Assembly (NCBI GenBank): GCA_021791675.1
Contig: JAJYWE010000004.1
Location: 28,054-92,053 of the forward strand
Reading direction: 5' to 3'
Origin: Actinomycetes bacterium
GTDB lineage: Bacteria > Actinomycetota > Acidimicrobiia > Acidimicrobiales > JAKAOS01
DNA: 64,000 nucleotides
Below are positions 45,701-53,229 of this stretch, piece after piece. Positions within the stretch are counted from its first letter, which is position 1; every line of letters begins with the position of its first letter. Under the pieces are notes generated by a model. The model was not told where the DNA came from and ran no database searches. It saw only the letters and a list, made by a program, of their open reading frames with translations. The translations under genes and the position numbers were made by a program.

Positions 45701-45980
45701 CGAGAGCGCTCTGCTTACGTCCACGCCCGGGAGCGTCGCGCTCGCTCCCGGGCGTGGGGCAGATGCCGACGTAGACGTTCTCACCGCCGAGGTGCGCCAC
45801 CTCGGCGGTGAAGCGCTCAACGTCCGCCAGGGGCACGCGGTGGCCGCGTGCCGAGAACCCGGTGGCCGCGGAGCACAGAGCGATAAGCGCGTCGGCTGGA
45901 TAGGCCGACGCGAGCGGTGCCCAGATGTGGGCGTGGTGGTCGGCAGCGGTGCGCAGGTCGAGTGCAGTGCGGGTGGCCAT
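42798..45980 (-). CDS. primase-polymerase fused to P-loop helicase-type domain (replication initiator)
   Basis: Trimmed to ATG at 45980. Prim-pol motifs VYVGICP, LVADVDV and GGGCHIWLPL; Walker A GLIGEPDSGKSLLL in the centre. Confidence 0.75.
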   Translation of the reverse strand: MATRTALDLRTAADHHAHIWAPLASAYPADALIALCSAATGFSARGHRVPLADVERFTAEVAHLGGENVYVGICPTPGSERDAPGRGRKQSALGYPALVADVDVAAPGHAAQNLPTREEADELIAALLGDRPRMRVETGGGCHIWLPLAEPLASDDPRQLAQRWKAAWVAAFQVAGRHLDAGVLADPARVLRVAGTTRRKPGCDSLPVEIVAAPGGRISLDELDAWLPPLQPRPARQATRRLPERRVAHADNDRPGDRLAAAVPVSVLLERVLGWERVGGADGQSHWAEPAEPHGSAVQAATYEDPDGIERLTVFSASACERLGLEPSSSLDSFAFVAAAYCGGDYRLAAQVARFAPDEDTLVRLLADHADCSPADLRAVLAVPDRLPPIVLAEAESPVADAALGEALGAPDGTAIALPGDCIAVVGSARHGLWHRSWSRGLDGKSIPTDDLVADWIAWRPEHRTTAGVDEQGRPQIGIDEYAVELIRRDGRRYWRDGLSAADSVSPARVVDALNAGVALPVMPQDAQRVGNMLRVLGHAEQAVTTRAALNGWLWQDDHATWAAPGGSINARGVDHDTAVAPPVGSDDDALAGVAAATGMPPALAPLDEAVLAIPAWLGIAPDRPEVGLALLGAVFAAPLRLATRPSIGLIGEPDSGKSLLLAATAAWTAAVAVQKGVATLSIQSSSTIGALVLAGWHRDGVVYADDYRLTDHDGRANETTTEVLSGLLQAAYGGTTGAKGTRRGGLRSGREPRTTVVWTGEITPSDAAVLQRTVLIEIGPGDLRLASDNPPIDAWRARWAVPGLARSLIGHYLAWLAAQADAGGGLDAISAIGDGLWRPAYAALGHGRSGETVAAISAGIGALRRCLAEMGVGEDVLPPSARVRELCAALARSQAAAHQDADPGRRVLAAVRDMLAGKQGHLLGADGRCPLAGEEQSARESRPLRLGWRLSESDGPSGTTYRWDACGRHLGWLSRDGRHVLLTPTGVRAARETAGMRGLADRQVARSLAALVVPGTTPTGRAPAALGVRDARRCWVFPASAFDLDDIEVEPEQLDRREF

Positions 45981-46053
45981 GTGCACTATGAGGGCGGCGA
46001 GACGGCGCCTCACCCACCACGCGGCGAAAAAACACCCTACCTGACCTGCTGCC

Positions 46054-46530
46054 CCACGCAAAACCGCAGGTCAGACTATACGTTTTTTGGGTTTGGGACG
46101 GTTTGGACGAGTTGGGGCAAGACCCGTCCCAAGGTTTTTTGCCCTCTGAGCTGGGCGTCTATAAGGATAAATGTGTGTTGGGACAAGATCTCCTGTAGTA
46201 GAGAGGTCGCGTATAGAGACTCTCTCTCGATCACGATCCGCGATCCGCGATCTCCCCTATATACCCCCCCCTCTACCCCCAGAATCCGTCCCAACGTCCA
46301 AAACCCCCAAAACGTATAGTCTGACCTGCGGTTTTTGCGTGGACGGCCCTTGTCCCAACTCGTCCAAAAAGCGTCCCAGGAGCTCCCGATGCAGCAGTTT
46401 TTTGGCGGATCAACCAGGCTGTCCCAAAACCCCAAAACGTATAGTCTGACCTGCGGTTTTGCGTGGGACGGCCCTTGTCCCAACTCGTCCCAAAACGCCC
46501 AGATCCGTCCCAAAAGCTCCTGGTGCCCAG
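46054..46530. repeat. ori/clt-like region: GTCCCAA iterons, 33-bp repeat in three copies, AT-rich GATC-rich core
   Basis: AAAACGTATAGTCTGACCTGCGGTTTT(T)GCGTGG at 46309-46342 and 46434-46466, inverted at 46054-46088. At least 11 GTCCCAA/TTGGGAC copies. AT-rich core at 46158-46280. Confidence 0.7.
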
Positions 46531-46537
46531 TTTTGAG

Positions 46538-46785
46538 CGACCCCCTGTTTTTTTGCTGAGACAGCTGAGACAGGCAAAAAGGGCACTTGACCTGGGGTGC
46601 AGTGCCCGAGGGGTGTCACACCCGGCACGGAGAGCCGGGGCACCTCAACCGCCCCGCGCGTTTTCCGACGCGACCCCCCTGTTTTTTGCTGAGACAGCTG
46701 AGACAGGCAAAAAGGGCACTTGACCTGGGGTGCAGTGCCCGAGGGGTGTCACACCCGGCACGGAGAGCCGGGGCACCTCAACCGC
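46538..46785 (+). repeat. two near-identical 115-bp direct repeats (46538-46652, 46671-46785)
   Basis: The copies differ only in C/T homopolymer lengths. Each contains GCTGAGACA x2 and the palindromes GGGCACT..AGTGCCC, GGGTGT-C-ACACCC and CCGGC..GCCGG. Confidence 0.85.
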
Positions 46786-47166
46786 TCAGGCCCGCCCGAA
46801 TAGCCGCACCGCGAGCGTCTGCCGGGCGACCCCGAGGAGCGACGCGATGGCGAGTAGCCGCCCGGAGCGGCCCGGCGCTCCGGGCGGACCGACAACCTCG
46901 CGCGCCCGCGCCTCCGCTGCCCGGCTGAGGCGATCTGCGGCCGCCAGCGCGACCGCCGCTTGGACGAGCTCGTCGTCCAAGGCAGCGGGGGTGTTGTGCT
47001 CACCGCCTCGGTGTCGGGCGCCCGCCGCCGCGGCGGTGAGCGCCTCGGGCGGCACGACGGACGCAGCACTGTGGGCGGCGTCCGTGAGAGCGCGTTCGGC
47101 AGCGTCAGCCGCCTGGGCGACGGCGGGCTCGATCACGGGGTGTGGCGGTCGTCGGGATGGTGGCAC
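46786..47166 (-). CDS. putative HTH regulator
   Basis: C-terminal RLLAIASLLGVARQTLAVRLFG is HTH-like. Divergent from the small-protein genes across an operator-rich gap. Confidence 0.4.
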   Translation of the reverse strand: MPPSRRPPHPVIEPAVAQAADAAERALTDAAHSAASVVPPEALTAAAAGARHRGGEHNTPAALDDELVQAAVALAAADRLSRAAEARAREVVGPPGAPGRSGRLLAIASLLGVARQTLAVRLFGRA

Positions 47167-47173
47167 GGTTCAA

Positions 47174-47258
47174 TAGTAGCAGATGCCTACTACCGGGTGC
47201 AGGGCGTTGGTAGTTCTCTGCTACTATGGCGTTGACACCGTAGTAGTAGAGTGCTACT
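47174..47258. promoter_or_regulatory. TAGTAG/CTACTA inverted-repeat operator array
   Basis: TAGTAGCAGATGCCTACTA (47174-47192), GGTAGTTCTCTGCTACTA (47209-47226), GTAGTAGTAGAGTGCTACT (47240-47258). Confidence 0.55.
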
Positions 47259-47279
47259 CGTACAGAAGGAGGCCACGAG

Positions 47280-47606
47280 ATGAAGACGTTGGTTGCAATC
47301 CTGCTCGCCAGCGCTGGCTCGGGATGGGCGGCGTTCCAGCTCCTGCACGGCCAACTCGAGGCAGCCGTCGCGCATGCGGCGCTCGTCTCCGACGCTCGCA
47401 ACGCAGCGCTGTCGCTCGCCGGCGCTCAGCTCTCGACCGCCGCGGCGGCGTCGGCGCTGGCGGCCAGGGCCATGCCGTCGGCGGCCGGTCGCGTGGACTT
47501 CAGCGCTGCGCCTGACACCAACGCGGTGGTCCCCTGGGCGATCACCGCGTGCGAGGTCGGCACCCGCGTGTGCGCCACCTGGTCGCCCGCAGCAGCCAAC
47601 AGTTGA
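47280..47606 (+). CDS. small secreted/membrane protein, paralogue 1
   Basis: AGAAGGAGG RBS, N-terminal hydrophobic segment, conserved C-terminal WAITACEVGTRVCATWSP. Confidence 0.6.
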   Translation: MKTLVAILLASAGSGWAAFQLLHGQLEAAVAHAALVSDARNAALSLAGAQLSTAAAASALAARAMPSAAGRVDFSAAPDTNAVVPWAITACEVGTRVCATWSPAAANS

Positions 47607-47669
47607 TCCGTCCGCTTTGGAGGGGCGGGCGAGGTGCCGCCCTCATAGGTAGTAGAAGGAGGCCACAAC

Positions 47670-48002
47670 ATGAAGTACCTGATCTGGATCCTCGGGATCA
47701 CGATGGCGCTGGTCTGGATCTCGCTCTGGCTCGTACGGGCGGCGCTCGGGTCGCAGACCTTGGCGACGCCCGCTCTCGTCACCGACGCGCAGCAGGTGAG
47801 CTACGCGGTCGCCGGCGCGCAGGCGCAGACCGCGACCGCCGCGACCGCCCTCGCCAACGCCGCGGAGCCGGGGCTGCGCGGGATCATCTCCTTCCGGGCA
47901 TCGCCCGATGCGGGCGGCGTGGCGGCGTGGGCGATCACCGCGTGCGAGGTCGCTCATCCCACCGTGTGCGCCACCTACTCGCCCACCGAGGCGATCGGCT
48001 GA
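47670..48002 (+). CDS. small secreted/membrane protein, paralogue 2
   Basis: Same RBS context (GTAGTAGAAGGAGGCCACAAC-ATG); C-terminal WAITACEVAHPTVCATYSP. 11-mer CCGCCCTCATA at 47637-47647. Confidence 0.6.
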   Translation: MKYLIWILGITMALVWISLWLVRAALGSQTLATPALVTDAQQVSYAVAGAQAQTATAATALANAAEPGLRGIISFRASPDAGGVAAWAITACEVAHPTVCATYSPTEAIG

Positions 48003-48525
48003 AGTCCCCACCGACCCTGGTACCTGCACATCACCCCCAACCCCCTGCACCCAGCTCCGCTGTGACGACGGGGCGTCTCGTTCCACTGCGCCCACTGCGA
48101 GACCGGTTCGGTGCCGGTTGCCGCCCTGTCTGGCACCGCTGATCGCCGGGGCTCGGCTGTGGTGTGCACGCTGTGACGGAGGTGCGTGATAAGCTCTCGC
48201 GCGGAGCTACCGCGTGAGCGCGAGAGCTTGTCCAGCACCCCTCGCCCGCGCTGCCGGCCCCGCACCGAGAGCATCACGGGATCCGAGCGCTGCCCGGTCC
48301 GAGGGGCGTCAGACCTCACCGATCCGTTGCCAACGCTGTGTCGCGCTGCGGGCTCGTGCCGCCTCGTGGCGACCCCGCTGCGGTCGCTGCGTGACAGGTC
48401 GGGCTGTTGGTCCCCTCGGGGATGTACGGGTTTGCGGGGTGGGCCTGCGCCTCGCTGACACCCGGCCGTCGCTCCGAGCAGACGGCTCAAAGCACTGGTT
48501 GCGGGCGGGGTGCGGGTTGGCCGCG

Positions 48526-49461
48526 CTACCGCGGCGCTGTGGCGAGCGCGGCGAGGCGCTCGCGGACGGAGGGCGGCGTCGCCGGATCGAGCACGACGGC
48601 GGCGCGCATCGCGATGTCAACGATCTCGCCCGGCTGGGCGAGCGGCCCTGCAAGATCACTCGCCGCGGCGAGCAGCGCCGACAGCGAGCGCCGGGTGTCC
48701 GCGAGTGCGAGCGCAGCGGCACCAGCGCGCCAACGCTGGCGGTCCTCAAGGCCGGCCGCCAGCACCGACCACGCAGCGCGCTGGTGTTGGCGGGCGTTGC
48801 CGCCGGGCGACCATGACCGCGGCCTCCGGCCGCGCAGCTCCGGTGGCCAGTCCCCGCGGTGATCTGCGTCCGCGGGAGCCGAGAGCCATGCGTCCGGCCA
48901 GGCCCCGGCGACCGCACCGAGCGTGATGGCGGCATCCACTGCGTGCCCGGCGACGCGCGCGCTCACGGCACCGCGTTGCGCGCCCGGCAGCCGCACCGGG
49001 CTCGGCCCGACCAAGCTCTCGACGGCGACTAGGGAGGGGCAGCGCTCGCTGTGGCGGTCGAGCAGCGCCGTGATCTCGGCGACGACCCGCCGAGCATAGA
49101 GAGGGGCACCTGCGTGCCAGCCGACTCGCTCGGCGGGTCGTCGATCGATTGTCACTCCGTCGGCGACGGCGAGCGACGGCACTCCGTCGCTCGACCAGGC
49201 GAGGCGAGCGAGGACGACGCCGGTGTGGCTCGCTCCGGGGTCGACGCCGACGGCGGCGGCGGCGCGGTCCGGACCGGCCTTGCGCCTCGCCTCGCTCTCG
49301 GCCGAGGCGAGCAGCGCGGTCGCTGCGTCGCGCATCCGCTCCGACGCGCCGGGCGTCGACAGGACCAGGCGCGCGTAGTCGGCCAGCGCCCCCGTCGGGG
49401 GCGCTGGGAGGCCGGCGGCCCCGGCCTCCCCCTCGAAGACACTGCGCGCAAACCCGGTCAC
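48526..49461 (-). CDS. RuvC-like (RNase H fold) protein, putative
   Basis: GTG at 49461 with the 11-mer 4 nt upstream. VGVDPGASHTGVVLARL and LVAVESLVG resemble RuvC Asp/Glu motifs. Confidence 0.45.
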   Translation of the reverse strand: MTGFARSVFEGEAGAAGLPAPPTGALADYARLVLSTPGASERMRDAATALLASAESEARRKAGPDRAAAAVGVDPGASHTGVVLARLAWSSDGVPSLAVADGVTIDRRPAERVGWHAGAPLYARRVVAEITALLDRHSERCPSLVAVESLVGPSPVRLPGAQRGAVSARVAGHAVDAAITLGAVAGAWPDAWLSAPADADHRGDWPPELRGRRPRSWSPGGNARQHQRAAWSVLAAGLEDRQRWRAGAAALALADTRRSLSALLAAASDLAGPLAQPGEIVDIAMRAAVVLDPATPPSVRERLAALATAPR

Positions 49462-49491
49462 ACCGTCTATGAGGGCGGCGGCAGTCGCCCC

Positions 49492-49817
49492 TCAACCACT
49501 GGCTCCCCAGAGCGCCGTCCCGACGCGGGCCGCTGCGTCGGAACGCACCTCGCCAACAAGGTGCTGGTAACGCCGCGTGGCGGTGGGCGAGGTGTGCCCG
49601 AGGAGGAGTCCCGCCGTCGTAGTCGTCACCCCCAAGGCGAGCAGCAGCGTGGCCGCCGTGTGCCGAGCGTCGTGCAGGCGCCGCGGCTCGACCCCGGCCT
49701 CCAAAAGCAGCGCCTGCCAGCGCTGCCAGTCCCACCGCGCGCCGGCGGGGCCCCCCAAGGGACCCGGAAAGACCAGGTCCCAACCCGTGCGGGACGGGTC
49801 CCACCGGGACCCGAGCG
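49492..49817 (-). pseudogene. int: tyrosine integrase of element B, 3' (catalytic) fragment
   Basis: LHDARHTAATLLLALGV...LLGHTSPTATRRYQH carries the HxxR, H and Y motifs. It joins in frame to 51898 when the IS and one CTAG copy are removed. Confidence 0.85.
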
Positions 49818-51897
49818 CTAGGTGGGCGGTGTCTTTCGCGAGCCCGGAGACTCGCGATCCAAAGCCCCGCGTGAGAGAATGACAGGCATGGAGTTCTCCT
49901 GGTCGAAGGCCCTTCGGTGAGCCTCGGGGTGGCGAGCCGCCAGGGCAGCCTGCTCGACGACATCGAGGCGTTCTGCGATCGGACGCTGCCCGTGAACTCG
50001 ATCTACTCGCTGTTGCATCGCGAACGCGATCGGCTCTTCCCCGACGAGCTGTTCGCGGATCTCTTCTCCGATCGGGGCCGGCGCAGTGTGCCGCCGTCGG
50101 TGGTGGCGACGGTGATGGTGCTCCAGCGCCTGGAGGGACTCTCCGATCGTGAGGCGGTCGAGCGCTACGCCTTCGACACCCGCTGGCGCTACGCCGCGGG
50201 GGTGGGTGGCTACGACGGCGACGGGTGGACGAGCTTCGCGCACACGGTGCTGGTCGACTTCCGCGCCCGGCTCGCGGCCTCCGACGATCCCCGGCGGATC
50301 TTCGCGGTGACGCTGGACGCGGCGAGCGAAGCGGGCCTCGTCGGCGCGAAGAGGGTGTTGGACTCGACGCCGCTCTACGACGCGGTGGCGACCATGGACA
50401 CCGTCACCCTGATCCGCTCGGCGATCCGCTCGGTGCTGAAGGCCGCCGAGGGCTCCTTGGAGGCGGAGCTGTCTTCGCTGATCCGAAGCGGGGACGACGA
50501 CGCGAGCGCGGCGAAGCCCCGGATCGACTGGGACGACGAGAAAGCCCGCGAGGCACTGATCGACGCGGTCGCGAAGGACGGCCGTGCCATCCTGACCCAC
50601 TTCGACGGAGCGCACCTCGAGGGGCCACTCGCCGAGGCGGTCGAGCTGTTGGCCACGGTCTTGGGCCAGGACGTCGACGTCGGCGACGACGGGGTGTTCC
50701 GCATCGCGAGGCGGGTGGCGCCTGACCGGGTGATCTCGACGGTCGATCCCGAGACCCGCCACGGCCACAAGACGCAAGCGAAGGGCTTCGACGGCTACAA
50801 GGGCCACGCGGCCATCGATCCCGACAGCGAGCTCATCACCGCGACCACCGTCACGGCCGGCAACGTCGGCGATGCTGCGGCGGCAGCCGAGCTGATCGAG
50901 GATCTCACCGGCACCGACGAGGCGGACAGCGACACCGGCACCGCTTCGGACAACCCCGAGGCGCCGAGCACGGGACAGCTGGACGGGGAGCCCGCCCAGG
51001 CCCGACCGAACCGCCAGGGCGGTGGCGGTGGCCGGCGCCGGGCGAAGTCGGCCAAGAACGCTGCGGCAGCCCGGACCGCTCGGGCAGCAGCGCGCGAGGC
51101 ACGCCGCCGAGCACGAGCGAAGCGTCGCAGGGACGCATCGTCCCGGCTCGGCGACGATGCCCCGAAGGTCTACGGTGACGGCGCGTACGGCTCGGGGGAG
51201 TTCCTCGACCACCTCGCCCGAGCGGGCATCGAGCACCGCTGCAAGACCCAGCGGCCGGTCAACGCCACCGGGCTCTTCGCGAAGGACCGCTTCGCGATCG
51301 ACCTCGCCGCCGAGACGGTCACCTGCCCCGCCGGCGAGGTGGCCCCCATCCGCCGCAACCGCAGAGGCGACGGCGTCGCCCGCTTCGCCTCCGCGTGTCG
51401 CAGCTGTCCCCTGCGAGAAGAGTGCACCACATCTCCCGGCGGGCGGAGCATCACCGTGGGACGCTACGAGGCCCACCTCGCCGAAGCCCGAGCGAAGGCC
51501 GCGGATCCCGCATGGCTCGAGGACTACCGAGCCACCCGCCCGAAGGTCGAGCGCAAGCTCGCACACCTCATGCGACGCCACCACGGCGGACGGCGTGCCC
51601 GGGTGCGCGGCAGCGCCAAGGTCGGTGCCGACTTCAACCTCCTCGCTGCCGCGGTGAACCTCGCCCGACTCGCCGTGCTCGAGCTCACCTCCACTCCGAA
51701 GGGATGGGCGGCGGCGATGGACTGAGAGACCCGAGGGATGGAGCAGGGAAGGAGCCCACGTCCATGGGGCTCCGTCCTCGCAGCCCTCGACGCCACTTGT
51801 CACCAGAGCCCACCCCCTCCCAGCATCGAAGCCACCAGGAGCTGCCATGACCGTGACACCGTGTTCACCAGCCAGCCGTTTCACACCGCCCACCTAG
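49818..51897 (+). mobile_element. IS1182-family insertion sequence (coordinates include both flanking CTAG copies)
   Basis: Perfect 15-bp inverted termini CTAGGTGGGCGGTGT (49818-49832) and ACACCGCCCACCTAG (51883-51897), with CTAG at both junctions. Confidence 0.85.
49917..51725 (+). CDS. IS1182-family DDE transposase
   Basis: N-terminal LLDDIEAFCDRTLPVNSIYSLL...VMVLQRLEGLSDREAVERYAFDTRWRYA and the DDE region STVDPETRHGHKT..GYKGHAAID. Confidence 0.85.
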   Translation: MSLGVASRQGSLLDDIEAFCDRTLPVNSIYSLLHRERDRLFPDELFADLFSDRGRRSVPPSVVATVMVLQRLEGLSDREAVERYAFDTRWRYAAGVGGYDGDGWTSFAHTVLVDFRARLAASDDPRRIFAVTLDAASEAGLVGAKRVLDSTPLYDAVATMDTVTLIRSAIRSVLKAAEGSLEAELSSLIRSGDDDASAAKPRIDWDDEKAREALIDAVAKDGRAILTHFDGAHLEGPLAEAVELLATVLGQDVDVGDDGVFRIARRVAPDRVISTVDPETRHGHKTQAKGFDGYKGHAAIDPDSELITATTVTAGNVGDAAAAAELIEDLTGTDEADSDTGTASDNPEAPSTGQLDGEPAQARPNRQGGGGGRRRAKSAKNAAAARTARAAAREARRRARAKRRRDASSRLGDDAPKVYGDGAYGSGEFLDHLARAGIEHRCKTQRPVNATGLFAKDRFAIDLAAETVTCPAGEVAPIRRNRRGDGVARFASACRSCPLREECTTSPGGRSITVGRYEAHLAEARAKAADPAWLEDYRATRPKVERKLAHLMRRHHGGRRARVRGSAKVGADFNLLAAAVNLARLAVLELTSTPKGWAAAMD

Positions 51898-52809
51898 GCG
51901 GGCCGCTGCCTGCTCGGCCCGGTGCTGGGCGAGCTCCACCACGAGCGGACCGGGTAACCCGAGCAGGCGGTGCCCGGCTGCGGATTTCGGCTCGGCAAGG
52001 TCTGGGCCGCCGCCCCATCGGGCGGGGCAGTGGCTGGCTCCGGGGCCAGGCGCCCTGCAGCTCGGCGTCCCGAGCGCCGCCCCCGCACAGCCGTGCCTCC
52101 ATGGGCGCCACTGCAACTGACATCGCACGGCCACGGTCTCACGGTCGAGGTCGAGGTCTTGCCAACGCAACCCAAGCGCCTCCCCCTGGCGGAGCCCGAG
52201 TGCCAAGGCGACCGACCAGCGAGCGCCTTGCGGACCACGGCGGGCCGCAGCAAGCACACGGCGGGCCTCGTCGACGGTGAGCGGCTGGGGCTCTCGCGGT
52301 GGCGGCGTGCGTGGCAGGCGTGCCCGCGCGACAGCGTGCGGTGCCGGGAGCAGGCCGTCGCGCACGGCCGCCGAGAGAGCGGCAGAGAGCGTCCGACGGA
52401 TGTGCGTGATGCTCGCTCCGCCGAGGCCATCCGCCAGTAGGCGTCCGTATAACTGCTCGACGTCGCTGGGACTGAGGCGGTCCAGGCGTCCGCCCGACGC
52501 CCCGAGACGCCGGGCGTCCAAACGGTAGCCGCGCATCGTCGTTGGGCGGACGCGCTGCTCCTGCCCGGCAATCCAGTGCTCCAACCACTCGGCGACGGTC
52601 GGCATCCGGCCGTCCCGGCGGCAGCCCGCGTCGCGCGACTGCTCAATCTCCCGGACCTTGGCCGCAACAGCCGAGCGCGTGCGCCCCCGGACGTGCTTCC
52701 GACGGCGCCGCCCGTCGGGACCGACACCGAGGGAGATCCACCCCTCCCAGCCTCCATCCACCGAGCGGTGGATGGAGGACCGCCCATCGGCCCCTTTCGC
52801 GGAGCTCAT
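51898..52809 (-). pseudogene. int: tyrosine integrase of element B, 5' fragment
   Basis: ATG at 52809 (1-nt overlap with the xis stop). Arm-binding-like and SAM-like N-terminal domains, then the Arg region ALALGLRQGEALGLRW. Truncated by the IS. Confidence 0.85.
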
Positions 52810-53099
52810 CAGGCAGCGCCGTCGGTGAGCTCCGCGACCAAGGCATCGACTGCTGCCCGCGGGACCAAACGCCGGCGCCCCGGTCGCGTCGAGGCGAGGC
52901 AGCCAGCCGCAATGAGCTCCCACACGCGGCTCCGGCTGACGCGCAGCTCCGCCGCAGCCTCCTCGACGGTGAGCAGGGTGTGGGCGGCTACCGGCGGTGC
53001 CTCGCCGGCAGCCTCCAGCGCAGCTTGGGCAGCCTCCAGCGCCGCCTGGGCGGCGGCGACGGCCCGGCGGGCGGACTCGACAGCATTCGGAGAAACCAT
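52809..53099 (-). CDS. xis: excisionase-family DNA-binding protein
   Basis: LLTVEEAAAELRVSRSRVWELIAAGCLASTRPGRRRLV is the MerR-type excisionase HTH. ATG at 53099. Confidence 0.75.
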   Translation of the reverse strand: MVSPNAVESARRAVAAAQAALEAAQAALEAAGEAPPVAAHTLLTVEEAAAELRVSRSRVWELIAAGCLASTRPGRRRLVPRAAVDALVAELTDGAA

Positions 53100-53148
53100 G
53101 TCACCCCTGTGCCGCGCGGTGCTGCTCGACAGTCTACGGGGCGGGGCG

Positions 53149-53168
53149 GTGGCTACCACGTGGCTGCC
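53149..53168 (+). promoter_or_regulatory. putative integrase arm-type sites, tRNA-proximal end
   Basis: GTGGCTACC at 53149 and GTGGCTGCC at 53160. Same motif and orientation as at 25413/25425. Confidence 0.45.
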
Positions 53169-53229
53169 AACGACGGAGCTTCGGACCGTCTCAGGAGCAC
53201 CACACCGGCACTGACCTGCCCTTGGTGAG

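Noticed and set aside
46538-46785. CRISPR array
   Set aside because: There are only two 115-bp copies separated by 18 bp, far outside CRISPR repeat/spacer dimensions, and no cas genes in the window.
49818-51893. 691-aa minus-strand ORF spanning the IS1182 element
   Set aside because: It is antisense to the transposase, whose DDE and N-terminal motifs are clear. Its boundaries simply coincide with the IS ends.
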